A DNA stretch of 63,120 nucleotides, counting the filler, from Sluysia triapertura (lineage: Eukaryota): NCBI GenBank assembly GCA_046118255.1. It is 5 parts of 5 records of this genome, joined end to end, with 100 filler letters (N's around TTAATTAATTAA, not from the genome) between each part and the next. Parts side by side here need not be neighbours in the genome. Positions count along the whole stretch, not along the records: positions 12,003 to 24,535 come from JBJNIA010101102.1; positions 24,636 to 38,229 come from JBJNIA010030387.1; 3 more parts are not named here. The stretch is one strand, 5' to 3'. This document shows, one piece after another, positions 13,452-26,649 of the stretch. Under the pieces are notes generated by a model. The model was not told the DNA's origin, did no database searches, and saw nothing but the letters and a program-made list of their open reading frames with translations. A program made the position numbers and the translations under genes. Position 1 is the first letter of the stretch; every line of letters starts with the position of its first letter.

Positions 13452-14134
13452 ACTTCGTCTACAAATGGTGCTTTCCAGTTTAAAGTGTTGCACATTGTTA
13501 CTCATTCATTCAACACTGTTCTATCAAACAATAGTGAAGATATGAAGCCATTTAATAATCAAGTAAATTTGAACATAAATTTTCTTTATAATTTTGATTT
13601 CCTTTATTACTTAGTTAGTCATAAATTTGTATATTCATGTAATTATCATTTAGTTAATGGACAACATAACTGGATCGTGAAAATGCAACAAGGGAAACTA
13701 TGCAGAAAGGAGATCAGAATCTCAAAAATAAAAAAAGTTATCAAATTATTATTAAAAACAAATTTTTATTTCAATGTTTTAGTCGCTTAATAAAATATTA
13801 TAACAGTTGTTTTAGATTTTTAAGTTATATTTTGAATATTAAGTTGTTGGACTTATTCCAAAACAAGACGTACAAATTTAAACTCAATTTCATCATATTA
13901 TTGAAAACATCGTATAACAATGATGAAACCAGGAAACTTCATAAAATCTCTAAGATTGATAAAGTTTAACATGTATTAAGTCTTAATAAAACATTTGTGA
14001 CTTTAATCCCAATTTTACATTTGTCCATGAGTGATCTTCATAGAAGTGAACTCAATCTAAAAACATGTACTTATCCAACAAGTTTATTACCTAATTATAT
14101 TACTCTTGCAATGAGTTCGAAATTAAAGCTCCAC

Positions 14135-14190
<56 letters not shown>

Positions 14191-16387
14191 GCCCTCAATA
14201 AGAACCAAAGCTCCAAAAATAATTACTCAAACTAATAATTCAAGTCAAAATTCGTTCATGAAACACTATTTCATATCATACGACCCAACAACATCTAGCA
14301 CAATTAAAAATCAAGAATTATTCCTGGTTCAATGTGCAACTAAATTTCAAATTAATCAAGAGAAAAACTTAATCATTAATTATTTGGCTGTTTTATATTT
14401 ACTACTTATTTGTATTAATAAAGTTACGGTGTTGGTTGAAAAGGAATTATAATTTCACAGTGAACTTTAACAATTTTATTCTACCGATTAACTTAAGAAT
14501 TAAGTATAAATTTAATAATTGTTAATAATGAGTAAGAGTAAATCAATGACCTTGCAGATTTGACATAGAAATCCGGAAACAGTGTCTTCTTCCTATATAA
14601 ATCACTTATTTCAGACAGACCCAAAAGAATATATAATTTAACTACATTTGCTGAATCACAGTGTTGATTGCTGCTCGAGTGTACAAGTAAACTGTTCAGG
14701 ATTTTAGTATTAATTGGAATAATTCTTGGTGACCTCCATTTTACTCAGCAACATTTATATTATCTTGTGTAATTCTTAGATCAATAGGTTTTTTAAGCTA
14801 TTAAATATAAATATTTTGCAATTTTATCGATTAAATTAGAATCAGAATTCAAAATCTTTCTAACTTCGATCAAGATGAGATATTAATAATAACAACAATA
14901 ATAATGATAATAATAATATATAAATTTAATATAATTAATGTAGAAAAAATAATTTCAATCATTTATTAATTTAATCATTTTAAATTTTTAATAATAAACT
15001 TTAATTTTTACTCCGCCATACACCAAATTTATATAATAAATTAATAAAGAAAATAATTCTTTATGCATAAAAATAAAAATATATTTTTCTCTTTCTCTTT
15101 TAAATTATATTTCTTCAGCACTACTATGTCTTTAATTCAATTTCTTGACAATTAAATGAGATTAGTTCAAATACTATTATTATTTCATTCTATTAGGTTG
15201 CTTCATACATTTGTTGCAAAGAAAACACACCAACTTCTTGTTTTAACTGATTTGAGTTATATTCATTCAGCTGAATTATCTATTTAAATCATTTTAGACT
15301 AACTTTTCACTTTCATTACCCTCATTAAAATGGAATGTGTCAGGTAGATAAAAATGAACATTTCCGGCATTTATTCCTTTTCTGTTTTAATCACATTTGA
15401 AAACGAAGAAGCAATTAAAACATGGATCACCAAGCTTCTTCAAGCAAACTGTAAAAACGGTGGCGGAGAATATTGAGACTGAGATATTTGTTTTTTCTAA
15501 TGATTTGATAAATTCATTTTGTTATCTGGAATTTTATTCTTGATCAGTGTACACATTTGTCACGAACTTATGCAGTTTATTGTATTCTTGAGTGTGGAAT
15601 TTTATGATTTATCTTTGAAACTTATAAAATTATTATCATAATTATTATTGTCATTATTATTATTATTATGTAATAATTACTTTCAAAATAAGATACAGTA
15701 CAAACAAGTTATAAAATACATCGAAATATTAATCAATTACTGAATCGGTCTCTGTCAGTTTAAATAGCCACTGTCGATAATCTAAGAAATGCAGCAACAT
15801 CAGAGATGTATATATATAGATTTATCGATTTAAATTAATAGGCGACTAATTATTTATTATACATCTATATACATATATACATATACATATATACACATTT
15901 TAAATACACGTACATAATATATGTTTTCATAATAATTATTATGAGAAAAAATACACTCCATTGAAATTGTTATTATCATCGTATTTCTTTTCACATATAA
16001 TTGACATATTTATTAATGAAACTAAATTCAAATTTTAATTTAATATTTTTATTTTCATATAAATTATATTAATAAAAAATAAATCTCTCTTTTTTGTTCT
16101 GCATTAACCATATGTTCTTCTATGTTTTAATTTTTGCATATTTTAAATATTTCTTCGTTAAATATATATAATATGAAGATATTCTTTGTTTTAGTTTAGT
16201 AAATTAATTAAGTAAGATAATTAAATAGTATGGTTTTGATTTTTGATTTTTTAATTTTTTTTTCGATAAACTCAAAATTAATATTTAATTAGTGTTTTTA
16301 TTTGACATATAATTAAATGTTCTATTAAAACATTATTGGAAACATAATAACACACAATTATCCATCATTTTACCTTCTCTTTTATTA

Positions 16388-17117
16388 CCTCTCTGTTCAA
16401 AAATGATTGTCTCATTTGACATTTGTTGCTAACTTAACAATGAGTCATTTGTTTATGAACATTAGAGAATCATAAAATAATAAAAATAATTTTGGCGAGT
16501 ATTTGTTTAGCATATAAATAACTAAAGCAATATCTGAAATTTGCACCAAAATAACCCGTTGTTATTTTCTTTTCAAGGAAATCAAACGTTCTGGAGTAAA
16601 GTACAGAAATTTAAGTGACAAATTCCATCCTGCAATGCCTTCTGGTGTGATACAACAATAGGAAATTACCAAAAGGAACAATTAACATACAATTAGGAAG
16701 CAATTGAAACTGCTCGCGATGTACTACGAGATATAATTTGTAATAAAATATTTTCATAAATAAAAGCGTCTAAAGCTAAAACTAACGAGACTATCATTGT
16801 TGAACAAAGGTAGTATATACGGTATGCATTTCTAAAATAGTGTATAAATATACTTATTTACACATAAGTAAAGAAAAACTTCGTCGTGAAAACAGATTTC
16901 CAGTATCTCTATTATGCAATGAAGAAGCTCTTAATGTGGCACGTGAAACTATAAACAATTGATAATAAAAGTAATTTTAAATGTTAAAATCTGTGACAAA
17001 TCCTAGTATTAATTAAACTGAAAATTAAAGTCTATTAAATACATATTTATTATTATATACCATATTTTGGAACATATTTAAAAAAGAAATGTATATGACA
17101 TTTTGGAACAGAGGGAG
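16388..17117. mobile_element. Internally deleted Tc1/mariner-superfamily element
   Basis: TA-flanked imperfect TIRs: TA-CCTCTCTGTTCAAAAATG ... CATTTTGGAACAGAGGGAG-TA. The interior has only broken coding-like sequence. Confidence 0.7.
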
Positions 17118-20100
17118 TAATAGTTACTATAATATTAAATAATAAGTAATAATAATTAATAAATAAGCAACATTAATTTTCTGCCTGAATAATTTATTTT
17201 TCTGTTCTACCCAATCTTTAATTTAAATTAATTTTAATCGAGAATAACATTCTTAAATTTTGATTTTTACTCATTCTTATTTTAAGATGATTTTTGTCTA
17301 TTACAATCGTTACATTATTCTTTTTTACTCTGCTTAATCTTTAATTTAAGTTAACTTTGATCGAATATAATGTTATTAAATTTCGATTTCATATCACTAT
17401 TATTGATTCTTAATTTAAAGTGAATTATTGACTATAATAATAAGGATTGATGTTTATCAATTTTAATTTCATATTGTCTTTTAAAGTCTCATTTTAGAAT
17501 GATTATTTATACATGTAAAATTGATTCTTATTTGTTACAAAATTTTAAAATAACTAATTTTAAATTAAAAATGAATAAAATTTGAAAAATAAATGAATAT
17601 TTTGTTACAATAGTATAATTGATTAAAATAAAATAAAACTTGTTGCACATCATCGAAATGTACAGCTATGAAGTAAGAGATCCCTCATTTATTGAAGTCT
17701 AGTAGTACTAATTACACAGAATTTCTGTAAAGATTATCTATTAAGGAAGGAGAGTCAATTAAATAAATAATAATTAAGGGTTATAAATATTAATATAAAT
17801 TTTAAAAATAGAAATATTAATTTGCCAAATGAAATAATACTAATATACAAACACAAATTCAAAATTTTGTTTTTATTCGATTGAACAAACAAATGTGTTA
17901 AGTAAAATTAAAACTACATTATAAGATCATTGGAAAATTTTTAAATATATATATAAACTAAACGAAGCAGAAAAATAACTAATTATTATTTAAAAAATTA
18001 ATTATTGTATTATTAATAAGGTAGACTAATAAGACAATGGTTTTAATGAAGTATAACCTACTATTTTAATATGTACTTTTATTAGGATAAAAATATTTAA
18101 CAAAAATTAATTAAATATTTAACCCATTCGTATTACCAGCACGAATATACTCGTGATACTTTCAATATATTATAACGTACAATTAGTGGAACTTGCGAAC
18201 CTTTTATTGCCATGCAAACAATAATATACAAATGCAAAAACGTGAAAAAAAGTTACAAATAAATTGTTTTTACAAAAATTCTGCTTTATTTAAAAAGTAT
18301 GATATGATATGGTAGTGATACAGATGGCCCACAAAAACTCTATATTTGTTTTCTATTCTGGTTACTTAGTTACCATTTACTTTGGAAACAACTTTTCAAT
18401 ATAACGAGTGTTTAACTGTTCTGTTCGACTGTGATGCACGTTTTATAATACGCGAAGGACGTACTCACAGGATTTTTTGTGGACGCAATGCTCGTAGTGT
18501 TTTTTTAATAACTTCTTAGTTACTAATTTAGTCAAATTATTTTGATACCGAAGCTACTTTTCGATATACACTTATTTCTTTATCAATTGCTCTTTAGATA
18601 TTTTAATTTAAAAGGAACTTTATAAAATGCTTAATTAATGAATCAACAATTAATGAATCAAAATTTAATTACAAAATTGATTATTAATGAATCCAAATTT
18701 AAAACGAAAAGACTACGAAATGACTATCTATTCTTCCAAAAAATAAAAATATAATTTACACAAGAAATTATAATGATATATAGATAAATATAACAAGTTC
18801 ATGATTTCTCCTGGATAAAATAAAATTAGTATTTTAATTAAGATTTTGACTCAGATGAATGCTTGAGTTTCGAAAAAATGATTATTTTACGTTGATTTTA
18901 AGGCAAAATATTTATGCCAAAATCTTACAAAAAATATCATACTTATTCATTGAAATTCCAGATATTATTATTCTTCAAAAAATGAATGGTTCTGAAATCT
19001 TAGAATAGTAGATCACTTATGATTTCACTGGAGAACTTTTGCCAATCAATCTGATGGTGACAAATGATAATTAAATATTGACGACTTAAATAAAGTATTG
19101 ACAATTCCGAAAAAATCTGTACTGGTCACTTGAAAATTTTCCGAGAATAATCCTTGGCCGTTATTAACGTTGTGGTTGTCGTGTATGTCTTCGTTACAAT
19201 GCTAAGTCTTTTATACGATTTTTCACCAATGGTAATTAATTTGTTTATTTCAATGAATAATATTGATATTGAGTTTTATAAACGAATTAATGATTGATAT
19301 TAAAGTTTTTCCAAATAAATAAAGTTTTTCGTTTTAATAAGTGATGCAAATATTTATTTAAAGTTTTTCGATAAAATAAATAATGTTATTAAGTTTCCTT
19401 TAATAAATAATGTAAATTTTAAAGTCTAAAATCAATTAAAAGTTTTTTAAAATTAATTAAATTTATATTTTTTATAAGTTTGCTATTTTAATTAACATAT
19501 TTTATTTTGAATTAAACAAATTTAATTTACAAATTTACAAAAATTTTCGAATTCACATATTGAATTTACATATTTACATGAGAAAATCTGGCCTGTATAG
19601 AAGTCTACTTTAAATTTACGAAAACTGACAGAATTATTATTAATATTGTAGTCAAAATGGCGCATGCGAAATGGAAACATCGACTTAAGGTATTTACAAT
19701 TTTCAAAGCATATAATTCCGAGGTAATAATTTCGAATACCCAAATTAAATTCTGTCAGTTTATTCAAATTATTAACAAAACTTTTACTATCAAGTCTTTC
19801 AACTGAAACGACATACTTTGATGCTCCAATGATGTCTACAATACATATTTTAATTAGATAAAAAGTTCGTTTAATCGTTATACAATGATTTTGCCTCGAG
19901 AGTTATTTCTGATTCTTTTACGTTTAATAAAGTTATTATTCCTTCTAAATCTTTACGTAGATTAAATGAAGGTAGATAAATTTTAATTTAATGAATACAT
20001 TGCTCTTTGTATGTAAAACCGTTGTTGTTCTGATTTTTTGTTGCTATAATTCATCTTCAGTTATTCTACTAATTCCAATTCTGCTATTCAACATTGTTAT

Positions 20101-21599
20101 TCAATTTTAGATATACATTTTGTTACATGCAAAACTTATAGGGTAAAACGTGATTCGTAACATTATTTCTTTAAGAATTTTTATACTCCATATTTAATTA
20201 TATTTATTTATATTTAATTGTATTTAATTGTAACTCATAAACATTCAACAACCTTACATTTTAATCACACTCAAACATATTCATATAACTATCCATACAT
20301 CGTTTATTTTATACACTTAACTATCATTATCTTAACAAATAATACTATGATGACCACTATGTAATTTGTTGTTCAACCATTAGCCACTAGCTACTATCCA
20401 AATTATATTAAGATTAAAGTATTAATTGATTACATTTTCTAAACTTCAATGATGTTCTTTATGATTTGAAAGACCACGTTAACAAATTCCTCAAATAATT
20501 TAATGTAACTGTAAATAACATTATTTCAAATGATTCAAGATGTTATTGTGAAATTAAGAAATATGAAAATATGCTTTAAAACTAAATTAAAATATCTAGT
20601 TATGTGTTACTTAGTGAACGAATGTTTGAACCATACAAATACTAAAACTTTTCTAGAAAAATCAAGTGTACATTTATATTAATGACCATTTTCTGATAAT
20701 CTTCGATATGTGAAAGTTTTAAGTAAATCAAATGGTTGATCGAGCGCTCCTAAACCAATAAGTGCACAACTGTTTGTAGATACGTTTTATATATCAATAC
20801 AAAGGTTATACTAAGTGCATATTATTCAAAAGATGAAACTGACCTTTATATATTTCGAACAATCCAAATAAATATTGATGTTGGTAAATATTTATCATGT
20901 ACCAGTTATTCAGACTGAAATAAGTTTGAGCCGGCAGCTAGTACCAATATTTATTCAAATAAAGTGATAGTTATTACGTCGAAAAGTTAGTAGAACAGTT
21001 CATGACTTGACAATAAATACAAGACAAAACAGAAAGATTAAGCACTTCTAATAACAATAATAATAATAATAATGTAATGAATAATGAACGTACATACTTG
21101 TAAATAAATTATTGATTTATTCATTAGTATGTACAAATTATCGATTTTTAACTATTCATAATTTTTAATTTTTGTTTTTAATCAGATTAATTTTTGAATT
21201 AATATTATTTAATTCTTTTGGATTATTATAAACTAACATAAGCATTTATATTAATTATAAAATTTTAATATCTTTCAAAAACTTTTGTTATAATAAATTG
21301 AATAAAATATTTTGTTTCAATCTGGCTAAGGCCAGCTAAATCAACTATATATAGTTGAAAGTTTCAATAAACAATACACAATTTTCAAGCACAAGTTTGA
21401 AAGGCATAAATTTTTACAATTTTGGTTATCGATTCTTTATAACCCGTCCTCAGCGAAGTGACAAGAATAATCAAATTTGGCTAAAGACTTTCTGATAAAT
21501 TCATTCATTAAAATTTGGTCTAATAATACGCCAGTTTATTATATTAGGTTACGGATATATAATATTTAGATATTCACGCAAAATCAACGTAAAATCATT

Positions 21600-22198
21600 T
21601 TTGTAACTGTTTCTAAAAAGATCTTATAACAGATCTTTCGTAAAATTATTATTGAAATTTCATTGATTTAGAAATTAAAATTGATTAATTCCTAGTAATA
21701 TATTTATTTTATTCTATTTATAATTTTGTTTAATTTTACCCATTGTATAATAAAAATTTTTAAGAATTCATTCTTTCATTATTAAATTTCATAGTTTCAA
21801 TTATAAAATACCTCGTTGAGTAAAGTTTTCAACTATTAGAATTTAATTCTAATAATTCAAAAACATTTTTTATAGATCCTTTTCATAGGATCTTCGTAAA
21901 ATACTTTATAAATTATTTCTAATTTTACAGTTAAAAAATTGCCTTAATTATTCATAAACTTAATACTAAGTATAACTTATATTGATTTTCATTTATACCT
22001 CCAGAGCTTAACCTGAATTACTAAATAACAGAAAGGTTATTAAGCCAAGAATATCCTAAAAAGACCATGTTTTAGAAAGTTATTCTAACTTTTACTTCAA
22101 AATCTTTTATCTACAATCCGACGGCTAGCCCTAACTGGTAAGCCTAGTACGTTGGTGGACTCACGTTAAAATTCTACTTTATTCTAAGAATCGTCACA
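21600..22198 (-). mobile_element. LTR-like repeat, family L1 (5' end TGTGA at 22198)
   Basis: About 600 bp homologous (inverted) to 42908-43490. Shared core ttttaacgtgagtccaccaacgtact...ggctagccgt and acgaagatcctatgaaaaggatc. Both copies begin at TGTGA. Confidence 0.7.
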
Positions 22199-23193
22199 AT
22201 ATTATTATCTTTGTAAGGCTTAATTGTAAAATAGTTGTAAATATAAGTAAGGTCTTCTGTCTCTTAATGCGCTTAATCTGCAACTAAGACTTCCTAACCT
22301 TCTCACATTCACTTGATCATATGTGCACAGGTTTTTATACATACAAACACAAACAAGCTATTTCGATAATTGTCACTCGATCCAACCATGTTTTATTAAT
22401 GAAAAATCACTCATTCACAATTTTACAAAATAATAATAATTACTTATAATAATTAATCTATATTTAGAGATTTTATTGTAAAGGACGTTGTTAAAAGTAT
22501 AAAAGTGTAGTATAAAATTGTGAAGGAGTAAAAATAAAAATGAAACAGTGAATAATTCAATGTGAATTAAAAGTTTATTCTTATCAAATAAGTCTTGAAA
22601 CAATTTATTAAATATATTAAACAGCGTGAATAGAATATATTCATGCCGAGTTAAATTGTACATCTTAATTGACTTTAATCTCATTGGACAATTTGTTCAC
22701 CTGTAAATTATGTTTCTTACTAACTAATTAATCATGTCCATCATAATTTAAATAAATAATTGAAAATATAAATATCATAAAAATTATGTATTAAAACAAA
22801 ATAAATTTACATTTGCGTTGTATTATTTCTATGCTTATTTGACTAATTAATGATTGCACCAATGGAAATGATTTTATCTATCTCAGTTGTGTAAGTAAAC
22901 CCTTGTTTCCTATTTGATGCTAAATACTCCAAAATACACAAAACAAAAAATAAAATAAAATAAACAAAAATTTAATCCACAAATATTAATAATCTTTTTT
23001 TTGTATTTAGTAATTACTTTTTAGTTTACATTTTTGCATTAAATCATTTCTTTTATTCTCCTTAGAATTATTTGCATTGTGATGTAAAGAGGGCGTTTAA
23101 GAGTGATTAATCGTTTGAATTAAATCAGCAATACTTTATTATGGATACATTTCTGTCAAATGATTATAATTGATACACGAGAAACAATACTAT

Positions 23194-23344
23194 NNNNNNN
23201 NNNNNNNNNNNNNNNNNNNNNNNNNNNNNNNNNNNNNNNNNNNNNNNNNNNNNNNNNNNNNNNNNNNNNNNNNNNNNNNNNNNNNNNNNNNNNNNNNNNN
23301 NNNNNNNNNNNNNNNNNNNNNNNNNNNNNNNNNNNNNNNNNNNN
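23194..23344. other. Assembly gap (plain N run)
   Basis: Run of N without the TTAATTAATTAA linker. Confidence 0.95.
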
Positions 23345-23374
23345 CTTAAATCTAAACATAGAAAATAGAAAATT

Positions 23375-24219
23375 GAACAGGGTCCGGTTACGTCGTAAAG
23401 AGGGCACTTCTTCAACAATATAAGTTAAGTAAAACGTAATAACCTAAACTGGTAATTTAAATATGAGAGGGTCAAATTATAATGATTTACGGTTCAATTA
23501 TTATGTATCAAATAAAATCACAAAGGCCTATTAAAATTGTATTTCAAAATTACAACAATTAAGTGTATAAAATTGTTTATAAGATAAAAGATACAAAAAA
23601 CAGAAGGAACAAAAATTACAATAGTTTATTTTATCGTTAAAACTATCTTGAGCATTTAACTTATTTAATTGTGATTTTACTCTGCATTTTACTCAATCAA
23701 TATATCGGGGACCTTAAAATTGACTAAATGTAATATTAATTTAAGTAGATTTAATTAATTAACTTCCTTAAATAAAGTTAATATCAATGGACATAAAACT
23801 GAGGATCCACTTATATAATAATTTTCCAAAATTGAATTACGGTGACGATTGATAGATTAAAAATGATGATTTTCCTATAACTGCTTCACAATGATTTTTA
23901 AAATGATTTCAAAATGGCGATGTACAAATGGCGATTTTCATTGTTCTAGTCATCATCTAGAACATTTTGAAAGCTTCCATACTATTTTTAGTAGCTAATT
24001 TTCTTTTTCTTTAGAAATTTTATTTTCTTTTTTTGGAAAAATAATTTCTTTTTTGGAAAATAACTCCTTTTTAAGTAATTTTAAAGATTAATAATGGTTT
24101 TAAAAGATTTTCTATGATTTTAATTAATTTTTTGATAATTTTAAATATTTTAAAATAATTTTAAGCTGTTATTATGGCATCTTGAAATTATTTTGTAGGA
24201 TTGTGATGACAACCTAACA
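23375..24219 (-). mobile_element. LTR-like repeat, family L2 (TG...CA), copy 1
   Basis: The reverse complement aligns end to end with 50657-51220 (TGTTAGGTTGTCATCACAA...aatgaaaatcgccattt...taaccggaYcctgYtc..CA). No TSD seen. Confidence 0.65.
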
Positions 24220-24637
24220 CTACTATTACTAACTACTACTTCTATTACTACTATTACTACTTTGAAGTGTTAAAGTGTACTTATTCTAAAACTGATAATT
24301 TTGTTGCTATAACACGAGTTAGACAAAACCATTATATCTAAACATTATCTAAACCATTCTATCTACGAACGAGATAAAAACATTATACGGAATAATGCCG
24401 AGGGTAAATCATCGAAACATTTTAAAATATTGGAAGCAATTGAAAACAAAGATAATACTTGCTGGGTTCTTTTTTAACCTAAAAACTTACCTACAGCAAA
24501 ATAATTAATATTTATGAGTCCGTTTACAGTATACGNNNNNNNNNNNNNNNNNNNNNNNNNNNNNNNNNNNNNNNNNNNNTTAATTAATTAANNNNNNNNN
24601 NNNNNNNNNNNNNNNNNNNNNNNNNNNNNNNNNNNAC

Positions 24638-24824
24638 GAGTATTTAGATTTAATGTTTAATGCAGGAATGAAGGATAGAATTTTAGTAGGGATTAAAGTT
24701 ATGAATCATTTTTATGAGATTGTAAATAAAGAGAGAATTTTAGAAGTAGAGGTTTTTACGATGAACATTATTCCTGGTGGTACTACAGCAAAACCTTTCG
24801 TATTACACCACGGTGGTCGTAAAG
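24638..24824 (+). pseudogene. Degenerate lysyl-tRNA synthetase (class II, motif 1 region) fragment
   Basis: EYLDLMFNAGMKDRILVGIKVMNHFYEIVNKERILEVEVFTMNIIPGGTTAKPFVLHH is colinear with eukaryotic LysRS RYLDL..N...R..F..RSKII..IR.F....GFLEIETPMMNIIPGGA.AKPFITYH. The conserved ETP is lost. Truncated at the spacer. Confidence 0.8.
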
Positions 24825-25147
24825 GTATTATTTTTAATTCTACGTATTCACTCGCAAATATTTATTACGTTATTTCTTATATTTATAATTTCAGAATTAT
24901 ATGCAGCAAACGTGGAGCCACGAAAAAGGAGACACGGATAAAGGATAACAAAAGTGGTCTTAAAACTCGTTTTTTGTTATATAAGATAAAAATAAATATT
25001 TTAAATGTTGAATTACGTCCTTGTGTTTTAAATTTCGTTAAAGAGTACGAAGTTTCAGCAATCTTAAACCCTAAATTTCGTGTCTATATTTTCGACTTTA
25101 TTAACGTTCATGAATTTGTATTAATTTTAAGCAGAAGTAAGCGACTA

Positions 25148-26116
25148 ATGTCTTCTTCACGTACGAGTAGAACAATTCATATTAAAAGTATTACTATAAA
25201 GCAATATAAGAACTACTCAACAGGAGTTGAAAAGGAAAATTCAATTATGATAACTAGTGAATTAAATGATACTAAAATACAACACGAAATAGGTAAACCT
25301 CCTGATGAATTTTATGTAAAAGACAAAAGCGTTAGTGAAGATACACTAGAACGAAAACACAATGACGGCCTCATTACTCAAACACTATCACATTTAAGCA
25401 ATAGTTTTAGCTTTATAAAGGAACACTACAGGTCCACGAGTTGTTTACCTGACTTTGAAGTAGCTTCAATTCGTTTTGACAAAATAGTTATTTATCATCG
25501 TACCTTCGATATTGAACACGAAAAACTCGAACATACTCGAATATTGATTAAATCCACTAAAAATAAAGGTGTCAACAATAATATTCTAATTTATTCAAAA
25601 GCCCTCACTACAGGCGCTACTATTACTGTGGTTCATAAAAACTTTCTAACTACTTGGCAATCAATATTTTTAAACAGACTAGGTTTAATAACATATAATG
25701 TAAATCAAACACCCATAAATATCAATGGAACTCTATCATACTATATAGAAGTATTAGGACAATATGTACAAACTTTAGCAAATGTTTGGGATAATAACCC
25801 ATATGAATTAATACTGGGAATGGATGTTATCAACAAATTAGAAGATATGGTTATTCACAGCAAATATGGATTTATCAAAGTACCACCAGGTTCAAATATG
25901 ATTATACCGCAACTATTAGTTCCACAAGTTGGTGATGAATTAACCTTGTATCAAATGCCTATGTCGAATCCACCATTACAAGTTCCGGACTTACCATTAC
26001 TTGATATCGTCGAATCTACACTTCATTTGTCGATGTGCCTTGGGGATCACCATCAACACTTACATTTGAGGAGAATTCAGATTCAGGGATCAGTTCAGAC
26101 ATTCAGGATACAGTAA
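25148..26116 (+). CDS. Retropepsin-fold (retroviral aspartyl protease-like) protein lacking the catalytic Asp; part of ORF 24653-26116
   Basis: ALTTGATITVV (D-T-G motif reads T-T-G) and YELILGMDVINKL (ILG.D motif) at retropepsin spacing. The start at Met 25148 is inferred from an upstream acceptor. No RT follows. Confidence 0.65.
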   Translation: MSSSRTSRTIHIKSITIKQYKNYSTGVEKENSIMITSELNDTKIQHEIGKPPDEFYVKDKSVSEDTLERKHNDGLITQTLSHLSNSFSFIKEHYRSTSCLPDFEVASIRFDKIVIYHRTFDIEHEKLEHTRILIKSTKNKGVNNNILIYSKALTTGATITVVHKNFLTTWQSIFLNRLGLITYNVNQTPININGTLSYYIEVLGQYVQTLANVWDNNPYELILGMDVINKLEDMVIHSKYGFIKVPPGSNMIIPQLLVPQVGDELTLYQMPMSNPPLQVPDLPLLDIVESTLHLSMCLGDHHQHLHLRRIQIQGSVQTFRIQ

Positions 26117-26298
26117 TGATAATGACTAGTATAAAAAAGAAATAGTCTTAATAAAAATCGTTTTTGGAAAATAACTTATTGGTTTTCTATTTTAATTGTG
26201 ATTTTTCTATCACTTATAAATAATGTTATGGCAACAGAAACAGATGAAGAATATAAAAATATGAATATAGCTAAAAACATAGCAGGGAACAGAAAATA

Positions 26299-26649
26299 AT
26301 GATTACTGATATCTACAATCAATACTGGAAATTCGAATTTATTTCTAAGAAGATGTTTCTTCGACACAAATTCGAAATTTATTGTATTTATTTGAAGCCA
26401 GTACTAGTGGGAAAACCACATCATTCGAACGGTATCCCACACTGTCTACATTATGGTTATAGACCAATGTTAATATCTTTTACTCTTGACACTCCAAGAA
26501 ATACACGAGAAACCCAGAAATTTATTAAACAAATAGATCTATTACGATATGAAGAAACATCGAAAACACAAACAACCTTGTCTAATTATAATGCAACTAA
26601 GAAACAAATAAGTAACTTAAATAATTCAACTACAGAAGATACGACATGA
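26299..26649 (+). CDS. Hypothetical protein in the virus-like cassette
   Basis: 116-aa ORF. Its TGA overlaps the next ATG (ATGA at 26646-26649). Confidence 0.4.
   Translation: MITDIYNQYWKFEFISKKMFLRHKFEIYCIYLKPVLVGKPHHSNGIPHCLHYGYRPMLISFTLDTPRNTRETQKFIKQIDLLRYEETSKTQTTLSNYNATKKQISNLNNSTTEDTT

Noticed and set aside
13997-14452. Poly-Asn ORFs (also 52046-52324)
   Set aside because: They are translations of (AAT)n microsatellites; the second is antisense to a WDR11 exon.
14540-15600. Coding-like minus-strand patches
   Set aside because: Stops in all frames and no recognisable motif or consistent exon chain.
18118-18520. piggyBac transposase 3' remnant after TTAACCC
   Set aside because: No matching second TIR or convincing protein motif found.
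23156-23423. Three ORFs spanning the N run
   Set aside because: They are open only because N codons contain no stops.
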